Positions 9,410 to 16,996 are shown, counted from the stretch's first letter. The stretch is 20,000 bases of DNA from an uncultured virus (IMG/VR IMGVR_UViG_3300028833_000080) (IMGVR_UViG_3300028833_000080); one strand, 5' to 3'. The notes: generated by a model not told the origin, from the letters alone. A program made the numbers and translations.

Positions 9410-10531
9410 TTAACTCCTTCCTTTAGGTAATATTTTTCCTGTTTTATTATTTCTACAGTCTTTACAGATAGAATACCATCCATCTTTACTTGTATTATTT
9501 TTAGAAAAAAAGTAATTATGACCTAACTTAATTTGACCACATCTTGAACATTTTTTCCAATAACCTTGTTCTTCTTGGGTATAATGCCATATCAACCATT
9601 CCTTTGCGGCGGTTTCAGCAATCATTTTAGGTATTTTGTTACGCCATAAAGCACTAATATATTCAACTGAATGAAGAATGTTATAGTCTTTATCCAATAA
9701 CCGCTGTATTTCACTATTGGATTTACCATCTATTTTATAAATAATAAGATCGTAATAAAGCGGGAAGGCTTCTTTAAAAGTCTTATCAACAAGAGAATCA
9801 AGATCTTCCATCATCCAATGAATATCGCTGGTAAATTTATCCCAACATTCTTCTTTTATACGAGAATAATTACATAATAAAAGAGAAACATGTTCTGGAG
9901 TGAATAGATTAATAAAACCAGTACTTTTTACATTACCTTCTGCATCTAAATAAATTTTCTCTGTTAAGTCTAGAGTAGAGAAAGTTTTTTTTGCATTTAA
10001 TAATTTAATTGGTTTACAATATGCGGCTTTAAGTACATATTGATCTTTCCTCATTTCAATTAATTGTTTTTGAAGAAGAAAAGCTTTATGACCGCGGGCG
10101 CCGGCCTTGCGAGCTTCGACCTTGTCAATTTCTTCTACGAGCTCCCGCATTCCAGGGATATTTTGAATATCTTCTTCTGTTATTCCAATTTTTGGAGAAA
10201 AGATAATATTTTTATCATTAGCTATCATACTATAAATACCATCTTCCCCATTCTCTAATCTTTCAACTAAACCTTCAAATGATAATTCTCTATCTCTTCT
10301 AGTTTTTAATCTATTATCTGTTGTTATTACATGAGAAAGTCTTTCTTTTTTATCCATTCCTGAAAAAATAATATAATTAGCAAGTTTTTCTAAATAATAG
10401 GGAGTTAATTTTTCTGAAGGAGTGTTAGCAATTATTTCTTTTGTTTTTTCAACGCATGCGGCGGGATCTGATAAAGAGAAATCCATCTTTATGTATCCAG
10501 ACCCTACTTTCTGTTGATCATTATTTTCCAT
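9410..10531 (-). CDS. Hypothetical protein with sigma region-4-like HTH and C-terminal Zn finger (373 aa)
   Basis: LIIYKIDGKSNSEIQRLL..HSVEYISALW resembles an HTH; C-terminal CSRC...KDG...CKDC. First gene of the leftward operon. Confidence 0.5.
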   Translation of the reverse strand: MENNDQQKVGSGYIKMDFSLSDPAACVEKTKEIIANTPSEKLTPYYLEKLANYIIFSGMDKKERLSHVITTDNRLKTRRDRELSFEGLVERLENGEDGIYSMIANDKNIIFSPKIGITEEDIQNIPGMRELVEEIDKVEARKAGARGHKAFLLQKQLIEMRKDQYVLKAAYCKPIKLLNAKKTFSTLDLTEKIYLDAEGNVKSTGFINLFTPEHVSLLLCNYSRIKEECWDKFTSDIHWMMEDLDSLVDKTFKEAFPLYYDLIIYKIDGKSNSEIQRLLDKDYNILHSVEYISALWRNKIPKMIAETAAKEWLIWHYTQEEQGYWKKCSRCGQIKLGHNYFFSKNNTSKDGWYSICKDCRNNKTGKILPKGRS

Positions 10532-10567
10532 TTGTTCTACGTCTCCTTAGTTTTATTTTACAATTAT

Positions 10568-10596
10568 ATTATACCATAAAATTTTTTCCTTGTCAA
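10568..10596 (-). promoter_or_regulatory. Consensus sigmaA promoter for the leftward packaging operon
   Basis: Minus strand TTGACA-17-TATAAT with TGG extended -10, about 35 nt upstream of the ATG at 10531. Confidence 0.85.
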
Positions 10597-10672
10597 GTTT
10601 GGTCAAGGATAATTTATTGAATTTTTTAAACGAAAACGAAAATTCTTATAGGTGTGCATATATTTTTTAAGC

Positions 10673-10799
10673 GGGAAGTGGGAAAGGGAGAAGGGGTATA
10701 TATTCCGTAAATTGAATTTGAAAAAATATTTGGAGGGGGTTTGGACGAGCAAAACCCAGTTTCAAAAATTTTTCTGGCAAAATCCCAAAATTATACCCC
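10673..10799. repeat. G-tract cluster and long imperfect palindrome at the strand switch
   Basis: GGG-AAGT-GGG-AAA-GGG-AGAA-GGGG (10673-10696). GGGGTATA (10693-10700) / TATACCCC (10792-10799) enclose TTTGAAA/TTTCAAA and GGGTTT/AAACCC, centred near 10746. Confidence 0.6.
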
Positions 10800-10841
10800 C
10801 GGTAGTTCCAGAAAAAGCTGGCGCTAAAAAATTTGGCTGCA

Positions 10842-10874
10842 CGGCCCATCCCCGGTCAAGATGGGCCGATTTTT
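10842..10874 (+). repeat. CG-rich hairpin, partial copy 0 of the composite element
   Basis: CGGCCCATC-9nt-GATGGGCCG followed by ATTTTT. Confidence 0.6.
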
Positions 10875-11001
10875 TAATAGAACAGAGGTTTAAGGAGTTT
10901 TTTACTTCGAATCAATAAGAAGTAAGAAAATTTAATTTTCACTTTTTTACTCTTTATCGACAAATATTAAAAAAATTTTTAAAATTTTTTTAAATAAGTA
11001 A

Positions 11002-11030
11002 TTGACTTTTTTCTACTATTATGCTATTAT
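11002..11030 (+). promoter_or_regulatory. SigmaA-type promoter (first rightward promoter)
   Basis: TTGACT-17-TATTAT with TG extension and an A/T-tract UP element, followed by AGAGAGAGAGGT. Confidence 0.75.
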
Positions 11031-11055
11031 AATTATAGAGAGAGAGGTAAGATAA

Positions 11056-11220
11056 ATGACAAAGTTTATTGTTAAAATTACAAATGATTTACTTGAAACT
11101 AGAATCTATACGACAGAAGCTACAACAAAAGAAAATGCTATTGCTAAGTGTTTAAGACTTTATAAATTTAATGGTTGTCCAGGAAAGGTTATGAAGACAG
11201 TTGTAATTGTTCTAAATTAA
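11056..11220 (+). CDS. Small hypothetical protein (54 aa, MTKFIVKITNDLLE...)
   Basis: Below the ORF-track cutoff. SD GAGAGGT with own promoter; open to TAA at 11220. Confidence 0.75.
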   Translation: MTKFIVKITNDLLETRIYTTEATTKENAIAKCLRLYKFNGCPGKVMKTVVIVLN

Positions 11221-11283
11221 AAGATTGACAATAACCTCAAGAAAATGATATAATAAAATCAAAGAGAAAGGTAGATAGAAATT

Positions 11284-11427
11284 ATGATTACAAAAATATT
11301 CGCTTATAAAGGTCAGGCTATGAATTATTATAAAAAGGTCTTAGCAAATAAAAATATTAATTTTTGTAATTGCGGTTTTGACTTCAAGCTTGGTAAGTAT
11401 ACAGTTTGCTACGACTATAAAAAATAA
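11284..11427 (+). CDS. Small basic hypothetical protein (47 aa, MITKIFAYKGQA...)
   Basis: Promoter TTGACA-18-TATAAT (11225-11254) and SD GAAAGGT. Confidence 0.7.
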   Translation: MITKIFAYKGQAMNYYKKVLANKNINFCNCGFDFKLGKYTVCYDYKK

Positions 11428-11452
11428 CTTTTTATCAAGAGGAGAATATAAA

Positions 11453-11545
11453 ATGACTATTTTGTGTTTTGAAACTTTTGTGTTTGTAATTATTATCTGG
11501 AAAGCTTGGGACAATCATAGAAAACCGCCTAAATACTGTGTATAA
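11453..11545 (+). CDS. Putative single-pass membrane peptide (30 aa, MTILCFETFVFVIIIWKAW...)
   Basis: SD GAGGAG; hydrophobic N-terminal half and basic tail. Confidence 0.5.
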   Translation: MTILCFETFVFVIIIWKAWDNHRKPPKYCV

Positions 11546-11561
11546 TTATACATTAATTGTG

Positions 11562-11696
11562 TGGCGCGCGCACTATCGCACTTGCGCCAAATTTTTAAAA
11601 CTTGGGCAGATTGCACAATTTGAGTATTGAATTTTTGTATATTTTGCTAGTTGTATTATTCCTAAAATAATGTTATTATAATTATAGGAAGAGAGG
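11562..11696 (+). repeat. Composite element copy 1 (short type, 16-bp dyad spacer)
   Basis: TGGCGCG/TGCGCCA hairpin, AATTTT, TGCACAA(11612)-16-TTGTATA, 9 bp, TTGTAT-17-TATTAT, AGAGAGGT. Confidence 0.8.
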
Positions 11697-11704
11697 TGCT
11701 AAAG

Positions 11705-12142
11705 ATGATGACAATTAAAGAAATCAATTTTGATATGGACGGAACAATCGCTAATCTCTATGGGGTTGAGAATTGGTTAGACTATTTAATGGCAAAGGAT
11801 ACAACACCTTACGCAATCGCAAGACCTTTGATTAACCTTTCAGCACTTGCAAGAGTTCTTAACAGACTTCAGAGAGAAGGTTATACAATCGGTGTTATCA
11901 GTTGGTTAGCAAAGAATTCTGATGATGATTATAACAAGAGAGTAGATGAAGTTAAGCGGGAATGGCTTGCTAGACATCTTCCTTCAGTTCAGTGGGATAA
12001 AATAAACATCGTGGCTTATGGAACACCTAAAAGCACTTGCGGTGAAGGGGTTTTATTCGATGACGAAGAACCAAATCGCAAAGAATGGAAAGGAATTGCA
12101 TACGATGTAGATAATATCTTTGAAGTTTTAAAGGCTCTGTAA
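11705..12142 (+). CDS. HAD-superfamily phosphatase, 5'(3')-deoxyribonucleotidase-like
   Basis: Motif I FDMDGT, motif II S (ISW), motif III K, motif IV LFDD. Start moved to ATG 11705 to fit the SD at 11690-11696. Confidence 0.8.
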   Translation: MMTIKEINFDMDGTIANLYGVENWLDYLMAKDTTPYAIARPLINLSALARVLNRLQREGYTIGVISWLAKNSDDDYNKRVDEVKREWLARHLPSVQWDKINIVAYGTPKSTCGEGVLFDDEEPNRKEWKGIAYDVDNIFEVLKAL

Positions 12143-12157
12143 ATCAGAGCCTTTTTT
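12130..12157 (+). terminator. Intrinsic terminator
   Basis: AAAGGCTCTG-TAAAT-CAGAGCCTTT plus T tract. Confidence 0.85.
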
Positions 12158-12167
12158 AATGCGGGCG

Positions 12168-12332
12168 CGGCGCCTGCGGTAGGATGGCGCCGAATTTTTA
12201 TTATACTACACTGTTCGAGGTTTTGTCAATAGTAAAATTAACCAAGGATAACCACTTTCCGCTCCTAAAATTTGTGCATAATTACCTATTGCATTCTAGA
12301 TGGGGGTATGCTATTATAATATCAGAGAGAGG
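12168..12332. repeat. Composite element copy 2 (long type, with leftward promoter)
   Basis: CGGCGCC/GGCGCCG hairpin; minus-strand TTGACA-18-TATAAT (12229..12200); TAACCAA-26-TTGTGCA (12239-12278); TTGCAT-17-TATTAT; AGAGAGAGG. Confidence 0.85.
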
Positions 12333-12729
12333 GAATGAGAAAAAATTCCTAGGTTTTTCGGAGATAGCCTCCTTCCTAACGCGTTCTGATTAGTCAGAAC
12401 TAGAAGTATAATGGATAGGGAAAAATCCATCGGCTCTTCTCTTTACTAAGGAATAAGGACCGAGCCTACAGGGCGGGCGGGGTGTAAGAGTCATTGAAAC
12501 CTCCTGCGAAACTAACTGAGATGCCCATGAAATTCGGTGGTGCCTTCCGCAAGGCAGTTTCTCCTAAAAGATATTGCGGGGTCAGTCAACAGCTCACCAA
12601 ACGAGCCAAAATACCAGTTGAGCTAGCGAGCAAGGTCGGGCAAGGTGCTTGAGTGCTGTGCCCATGAACAGCCAAGAAAGAGAGTAAACCAATATGACGA
12701 AACAGGCGTTTAAATAACGCCTGTTTTTT
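12324..12729 (+). ncRNA. Putative ~400-nt structured non-coding RNA, family not recognised
   Basis: Bounded by a promoter and a terminator, no credible ORF, GC-richer than flanks. Hairpins include GTTCTGA/TCAGAAC, ATGGAT/ATCCAT, GGCTC/GAGCC, TGCCTT/AAGGCA and two GGGCR/TGCCC stems. Confidence 0.7.
12700..12729 (+). terminator. Intrinsic terminator
   Basis: AAACAGGCGTT-TAAAT-AACGCCTGTTT plus T tract. Confidence 0.88.
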
Positions 12730-12899
12730 GGCGCCGCGAGTGCGTTCGCACGAGCGTCGAATTTTCATTATACCATAGCATTACACATTTTGTCAATAGC
12801 ATTTTTGCACAAAGATCTAGGTAAAAACATCCTGAAATTTGTGCAACATTTTACTTGACACTATAAAAATTTTTTAGTATTATAATTATAGAGAGAGGG
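12729..12899. repeat. Composite element copy 3 (long type)
   Basis: TGGCGC/GCGTCG hairpin with inner GTGCG-TT-CGCAC; minus TTGACA-18-TATAAT (12796..12767); TGCACAA-26-TTGTGCA (12806-12845); TTGACA-17-TATTAT; AGAGAGAGG. Confidence 0.88.
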
Positions 12900-12963
12900 A
12901 GATACGGTATTAGCCTTCTACAGACCAAAGGCATCTCCTAAACATCAATCGGAGGTATTTATC

Positions 12964-13146
12964 ATGACACATAGACAGTTTATTAAAGCCAATTTTGAAG
13001 TTCTCGCTGAAACTGAAAACGCAATTCTTTTCATTGCTTATGGCGAGATGTGTTGTGAAATCAATGGACAGTCATTTGATTGCCATTCTGTTGATGAGTT
13101 CAATGAAATGGTTGAATTCTTTGGAGACGATACTTTCGAGGAGTAA
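12964..13146 (+). CDS. Small acidic hypothetical protein (60 aa)
   Basis: SD GGAGGT; ORF track. Confidence 0.8.
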   Translation: MTHRQFIKANFEVLAETENAILFIAYGEMCCEINGQSFDCHSVDEFNEMVEFFGDDTFEE

Positions 13147-13199
13147 AAAATTTAAAAAAGATATTGACATAATCCTAGGGTTATGATAATATAATTATA

Positions 13200-13350
13200 G
13201 AGATGAGGTAAGGCAACCCGAGAGAAAGGGAAAAGCGCATAGTTGCCAAGTAAGTCCAAACCGACAAAGACATCTCGCCGCATGGTCGCTCCGTTGTGCG
13301 GAATATAAATGTGAACCAAGTGGACAACCTTGCAAGTCCAACTAGGCGGA
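13200..13350 (+). ncRNA. Structured 5' leader or sRNA
   Basis: Follows promoter TTGACA-17-TAATAT (13164-13192). Stems GAGATG/CATCTC, GGCAAC/GTTGCC, CCGCAT/GTGCGG and TGGAC/GTCCA lie about 185 nt ahead of the next ATG. Confidence 0.5.
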
Positions 13351-13384
13351 GTGAATAGGTAATAACAAAAGAGAGGTAATTAAC

Positions 13385-13570
13385 ATGGTTGAAAAAATTT
13401 ATTACATTGAAAATTCTTATGATTTAAGTATGGCTCTTGGTGAAATTGAAGAGAAATTTCCTTGTTTTGTGGATAGAGAGTATATTGAAATGGATTGCTC
13501 CAAAGTCACCATTAAAGCAAGGCAGGAAGATATGGCAAGTATTGAAAATATCTTAGCACCTTGTATGTAA
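13385..13570 (+). CDS. Small acidic hypothetical protein (61 aa)
   Basis: SD AGAGAGGT; followed by terminator AGGCGGGAA/TTCCCGCCT. Confidence 0.8.
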   Translation: MVEKIYYIENSYDLSMALGEIEEKFPCFVDREYIEMDCSKVTIKARQEDMASIENILAPCM

Positions 13571-13571
13571 G

Positions 13572-13770
13572 AAAAAGGCGGGAACCACTTCCCGCCTCTC
13601 TTTTTGCCTCGGCGACGCGCGATGGGCCGGCGCGCGTCGAAATTTTATTATATCATCTCGCTGTAGATTTTGTCAATAGGCAAATGCAACAAAAAACTAG
13701 GTAAGGGGATCCCGCAAATTTGTGCAATTTTACTACTTGCAAACCGCTTTAAAATATGTTATATTATAAT
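13572..13770. repeat. Terminator plus composite element copy 4 (long type)
   Basis: CGACGCGCG-9-CGCGCGTCG (13613-13639); minus TTGACA-18-TATAAT (13676..13647); GCAACAA-27-TTGTGCA (13686-13726); -35 TTGCAA at 13737. Confidence 0.88.
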
Positions 13771-13922
13771 TACAGAAAGGAAAGACGTGGTGGATACCTT
13801 TCAAAGAGATAATTGGCAATTCTTATTGAAAGTAAGGTTTTGCAAAGCCAAGGTTGCAAGATTTGAAAAATCAATAACTACCCAATGGAAGCCACAGGAT
13901 TAAAACAAGAGAGGTAGATAAA

Positions 13923-14123
13923 ATGATTAAACTTAAAATTATGTGCGTACTTTGTGGAAATTTCCACTCTGTAATGGTTAAAAAAGAAGACTATGTTAAA
14001 TATTTAGAAGGCGAGCTTGTTCAAAAAGCGTTCCCTTATTTAAATGCAACTCAAAGAGAGCAGATTATTTCTGGACTTTGCCCGAAATGCCAAGAAGATA
14101 TGTTTGGAAGTGAGAAAGAATAA
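13923..14123 (+). CDS. Small Zn-ribbon protein (66 aa)
   Basis: CVLC ... CPKC; SD AGAGAGGT. Confidence 0.8.
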   Translation: MIKLKIMCVLCGNFHSVMVKKEDYVKYLEGELVQKAFPYLNATQREQIISGLCPKCQEDMFGSEKE

Positions 14124-14252
14124 ATGTATAGACTAGTTTTTCAAGATGGATACAAAAGTCATTGGACAGATAATTTCAATTTGATTTTGGAAGGTGCAAA
14201 CCTTTTTAATGCAAAAATTGAAAAAAGAGTTGACACACAAGAAAATTTATGA
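14124..14252 (+). CDS. Small hypothetical protein (42 aa, MYRLVFQDGYKSHW...)
   Basis: ATG directly after the previous TAA. The 3' end contains the next promoter's -35 box (TTGACA-17-TATAAT, 14230-14258). Confidence 0.6.
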   Translation: MYRLVFQDGYKSHWTDNFNLILEGANLFNAKIEKRVDTQENL

Positions 14253-14289
14253 TATAATAATTATAACAAAAGAAAGAGAGGTAGTTCAA

Positions 14290-14487
14290 ATGGTAAAACT
14301 CACTTATGACGTTATGGTTAATGGTAGAGCAATCGCTAACAATGTTCCTACTTATGCAGAAGCTGAGCGAATTAAGGGCGAAAGCGTTGGTGCTACTTTA
14401 GTAAGGCGGTATGTGCCTGTCGAAAATGAATATACCTTATGCCCAAGGACTCCTAAGAAAAATGCTATGAGAGTTCAGGCAAGATAA
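14290..14487 (+). CDS. Small hypothetical protein (65 aa, MVKLTYDV...)
   Basis: Start reassigned to ATG 14290 behind SD GAGAGGT and the promoter at 14230. Confidence 0.8.
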   Translation: MVKLTYDVMVNGRAIANNVPTYAEAERIKGESVGATLVRRYVPVENEYTLCPRTPKKNAMRVQAR

Positions 14488-14500
14488 ATAAAGAATCTAA

Positions 14501-14701
14501 AGGTGCGGAAGAAATTCCGCACCTCTCTTTTTGGCGCGCCGTGCGGGATCCGCCCTGGCGCGTTTTTTCGATATACCATCCCCTTGCAGATTTTTATACT
14601 AGCAAATTGCACAATTAGACTAGATACCGGCGCCCGCATTTTTGTGCAATTTGTCTATTGTTTTATTTATTTTCTTATGATATTATAATTACAAGAGAGG
14701 T
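14501..14701. repeat. Terminator plus composite element copy 5 (long type, leftward promoter decayed)
   Basis: Terminator AGGTGCGGAA/TTCCGCACCT; hairpin GGCGCGCC/GGCGCGTT; TGCACAA-27-TTGTGCA (14608-14648); TTGTTT-17-TATTAT; AGAGAGGT. Confidence 0.85.
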
Positions 14702-14709
14702 AATGAATT

Positions 14710-14880
14710 ATGATGAACATGAACGTAGAACAATGGGTAGGAAATTTTAAAGGTCATAGAACTGTAAAAATTATTTATGCTAATACCAATAAAGAAGCAA
14801 ATCTCTTTTGGTTGGGTTTCAGATATAATATAGTAGTTAAAGTTAAAGTAAGCGGCGATTGTGCTTATTTATGGGTATAA
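14710..14880 (+). CDS. Small hypothetical protein (56 aa, MMNMNVEQWVGNFKGH...)
   Basis: SD AGAGAGGT; open to TAA at 14880; not in the ORF track. Confidence 0.7.
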   Translation: MMNMNVEQWVGNFKGHRTVKIIYANTNKEANLFWLGFRYNIVVKVKVSGDCAYLWV

Positions 14881-14893
14881 GGAGAGGTATAAA

Positions 14894-15106
14894 ATGAAAT
14901 ATAAATTTGAATGGAATGACATCAGAGCAGTGGTTACTTTAATCAATGTAATCTTGATTATGAAGTATGGACTTACAGTTGCATGGGTTGGAATGGTAAT
15001 TGCGGGAATCGGTATTATAAAAGATATTGCAGTAGATAGAAAAATTAACGGTTTTGTTATGCATAGTGCTAATATTATGCTCAATTTATTCTTTTTAATA
15101 CAATAG
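14894..15106 (+). CDS. Small membrane protein (70 aa)
   Basis: SD GGAGAGGT before ATG 14894; two to three hydrophobic segments. Confidence 0.78.
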   Translation: MKYKFEWNDIRAVVTLINVILIMKYGLTVAWVGMVIAGIGIIKDIAVDRKINGFVMHSANIMLNLFFLIQ

Positions 15107-15125
15107 ATAAAGAATATAGCGGGAG

Positions 15126-15291
15126 GCCCCTAAAATAGGGGGCTTTTTTAATTGCGCGGCGCGCTTAGGGCTCGCCCTGCGCCGCATTTTTGCTAGTAGT
15201 CATATTTACCAAAATTTGCTATGAATTTTTATACATTTTGTCTATTGTAATTATTCCCATAATTTGATAATATAAATATAGAAAGAGAGGT
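15126..15291 (+). repeat. Terminator plus composite element copy 6 (short type)
   Basis: Terminator GCCCC/GGGGC plus T tract; hairpin GCGGCGCG/TGCGCCGC; TTACCAA-16-TTATACA (15206-15235); TTGTAA-17-TAATAT; AGAGAGGT. Confidence 0.8.
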
Positions 15292-15299
15292 GCTTTAAT

Positions 15300-15563
15300 A
15301 TGACATTAATGACAACTGATGAGATTTTAGAAAAAGCAAAAGAAAAACTTTTAAAAGAATATGAGGAAACTATTAAATATTCAATCCGTACTGAAATACA
15401 TGAAATAAAGCAAACTATTCCATTATCAGAGAAAGTTCAAGAAAGCATCACTAGAGGTTGGGCTATTGTAATGTTTGCGCAAGACCTTGGGGTAAAATAT
15501 AGTGACATAATAGATTGTTATATTGTATTTAAGGCGGCTATGGAAAAGTTATTGACAAATTAA
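15300..15563 (+). CDS. Hypothetical protein (87 aa)
   Basis: SD AGAGAGGT; 3' end overlaps promoter TTGACA-17-TATAAT (15552-15580). Confidence 0.8.
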   Translation: MTLMTTDEILEKAKEKLLKEYEETIKYSIRTEIHEIKQTIPLSEKVQESITRGWAIVMFAQDLGVKYSDIIDCYIVFKAAMEKLLTN

Positions 15564-15606
15564 AAATAATTTGTTATAATATTTTTAGAAAGAGAGGTTT
15601 TCTAAA

Positions 15607-15765
15607 ATGTATGATAGACGCAAAGATATGACTAAAAAGGCATGGAAAGAGCAACAGAAGAAAAACCGCATCTTAAATGGTTTTAACACAGGTACAAGGG
15701 ATATGAAGTCAGCAAAATATCCTAGCAGACAAGAGCAGAAAAGAGAGGTAAGAAATTATGAGTAA
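15607..15765 (+). CDS. Small basic hypothetical protein (52 aa, MYDRRKDMTKKAWK...)
   Basis: SD AGAGAGGT, own promoter, overlaps the next gene start. Confidence 0.72.
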   Translation: MYDRRKDMTKKAWKEQQKKNRILNGFNTGTRDMKSAKYPSRQEQKREVRNYE

Positions 15766-15973
15766 GAATGAAGAAAATGTATTAAGAGCAAATATTCTTG
15801 GCGGAATGAATTCTTATATTCTTGAAGTGATTGGGGATGATGATATTACAGACCGCTGGCTAATGTTTGGAATCCCCGATGGATGTGATGAAGAAGAATT
15901 AATGGAAATCGCAGAAGATGAAAGTGAATTCTTAAGAATTAGTAATTTATGGAATAATTTAATTAGAGAATAA
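15758..15973 (+). CDS. Small acidic hypothetical protein (71 aa)
   Basis: SD AGAGAGGT; ORF track. Confidence 0.8.
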   Translation: MSKNEENVLRANILGGMNSYILEVIGDDDITDRWLMFGIPDGCDEEELMEIAEDESEFLRISNLWNNLIRE

Positions 15974-15990
15974 AGGAGGATTTTAAAAAT

Positions 15991-16239
15991 ATGATTGTAG
16001 ATATTGAATATAGTATTGTAGGTAACTATAGACATCGTGTAGATTTAGATGATTATGCAGATGAAATTTTTGATACATATGGAATGACATGGGAAGAATT
16101 ATCTGATGATGAGCGAGATGAATTTATTAAAGATTTAGGATATCTTAAGTTTGGTGCAGCAGAATCAGAATGTGAATATACCTTAGGGAGTGTACAAGCT
16201 TGGGAAGAAGAAAATGGAACAGAACATTGGTTTAAATAG
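15991..16239 (+). CDS. Small acidic hypothetical protein (82 aa)
   Basis: SD AAGGAGG; ORF track. Confidence 0.8.
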   Translation: MIVDIEYSIVGNYRHRVDLDDYADEIFDTYGMTWEELSDDERDEFIKDLGYLKFGAAESECEYTLGSVQAWEEENGTEHWFK

Positions 16240-16266
16240 AGGATAAGAATAGAAGAGGTGTGAAAA

Positions 16267-16542
16267 ATGAAATATTATAAAATTACTTGTTCAAATGGAT
16301 TCTGCGGTTGCGATGAAGATTTTTATGTTCAAGCAGAAGAGAATGAAATTGATGACTTAGCCAATGATATTTTTCAAAATGATTATAGCTTCTATGAACC
16401 CGATGGTAGATTTATTTATGGAAAAAGTTGGGGTGATGATATAACAGATGATGAAGTAGAAGAGTATCAAGAAAACTGTGAATTCTACTATACAGAAATT
16501 TCTGAAGAAGAATATAATGAACATGAATCAGAGTGGGGATAA
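16267..16542 (+). CDS. Very acidic, aromatic-rich hypothetical protein (91 aa)
   Basis: SD GAGGTG; about 28 D/E versus 4 K/R. Confidence 0.8.
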   Translation: MKYYKITCSNGFCGCDEDFYVQAEENEIDDLANDIFQNDYSFYEPDGRFIYGKSWGDDITDDEVEEYQENCEFYYTEISEEEYNEHESEWG

Positions 16543-16697
16543 AATAACACCCACTCTTTTGCGGCGCGACCTTGGTCAAGCTGCGCCGCAATTTTTATAG
16601 ATAGATATATTTACCAAATTTTGAAACGAAATTTTGTGCATTTTGTATATTGCTTTTGTTCCTATAATGTAGTATTATAGTTACATGAAAGAGAGGT
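16530..16697 (+). repeat. Terminator plus composite element copy 7 (short type)
   Basis: Terminator AGAGTGGG/CCCACTCT; hairpin TTGCGGCGCG/TGCGCCGCAA; TTACCAA-16-TTGTGCA (16611-16640); TTGCTT-17-TATTAT; AGAGAGGT. Confidence 0.85.
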
Positions 16698-16705
16698 ACA
16701 AAAAA

Positions 16706-16996
16706 ATGACAAAAAAATGGGTTAAAACAGTAGAAAAGAATGGACGTACATTTAGACTTATTTTTGAGCGCGATTACTTAGATTGTCTTTGGTGTTATGG
16801 GTATGAAATATATAGACCCAAAAAGCATTTTCTTGATTTTTCTTATCAAAGCCAAATATTTTGTTTTTGGACAAGTAATGAAGATACTATAATAGAACAG
16901 GCTATTGAAGAAATCAATAATATTTTTATTGATGAAGAAACAGTAAAAAGAGCTGAAAAAGCACTTGACAAATTTGCTGATTATACTGTATCATAA
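16706..16996 (+). CDS. Hypothetical protein (96 aa, MTKKWVKTVE...)
   Basis: Start reassigned to ATG 16706 behind the SD. The 3' end contains TTGACA (16965) of the next promoter. Confidence 0.8.
   Translation: MTKKWVKTVEKNGRTFRLIFERDYLDCLWCYGYEIYRPKKHFLDFSYQSQIFCFWTSNEDTIIEQAIEEINNIFIDEETVKRAEKALDKFADYTVS

Noticed and set aside
12324..12729. tmRNA or RNase P RNA identity for the 400-nt RNA
   Set aside because: No tRNA-like GGGG..TTCGA..CCA ends or tag ORF, and no GAGGAAAGTCC / AACCCGGCTTA P4 motifs.
13210..13260. c-di-GMP-I riboswitch
   Set aside because: Only superficial GGCAA..GAAA..CGCA similarity; the second conserved stem and tetraloop receptor are not evident.
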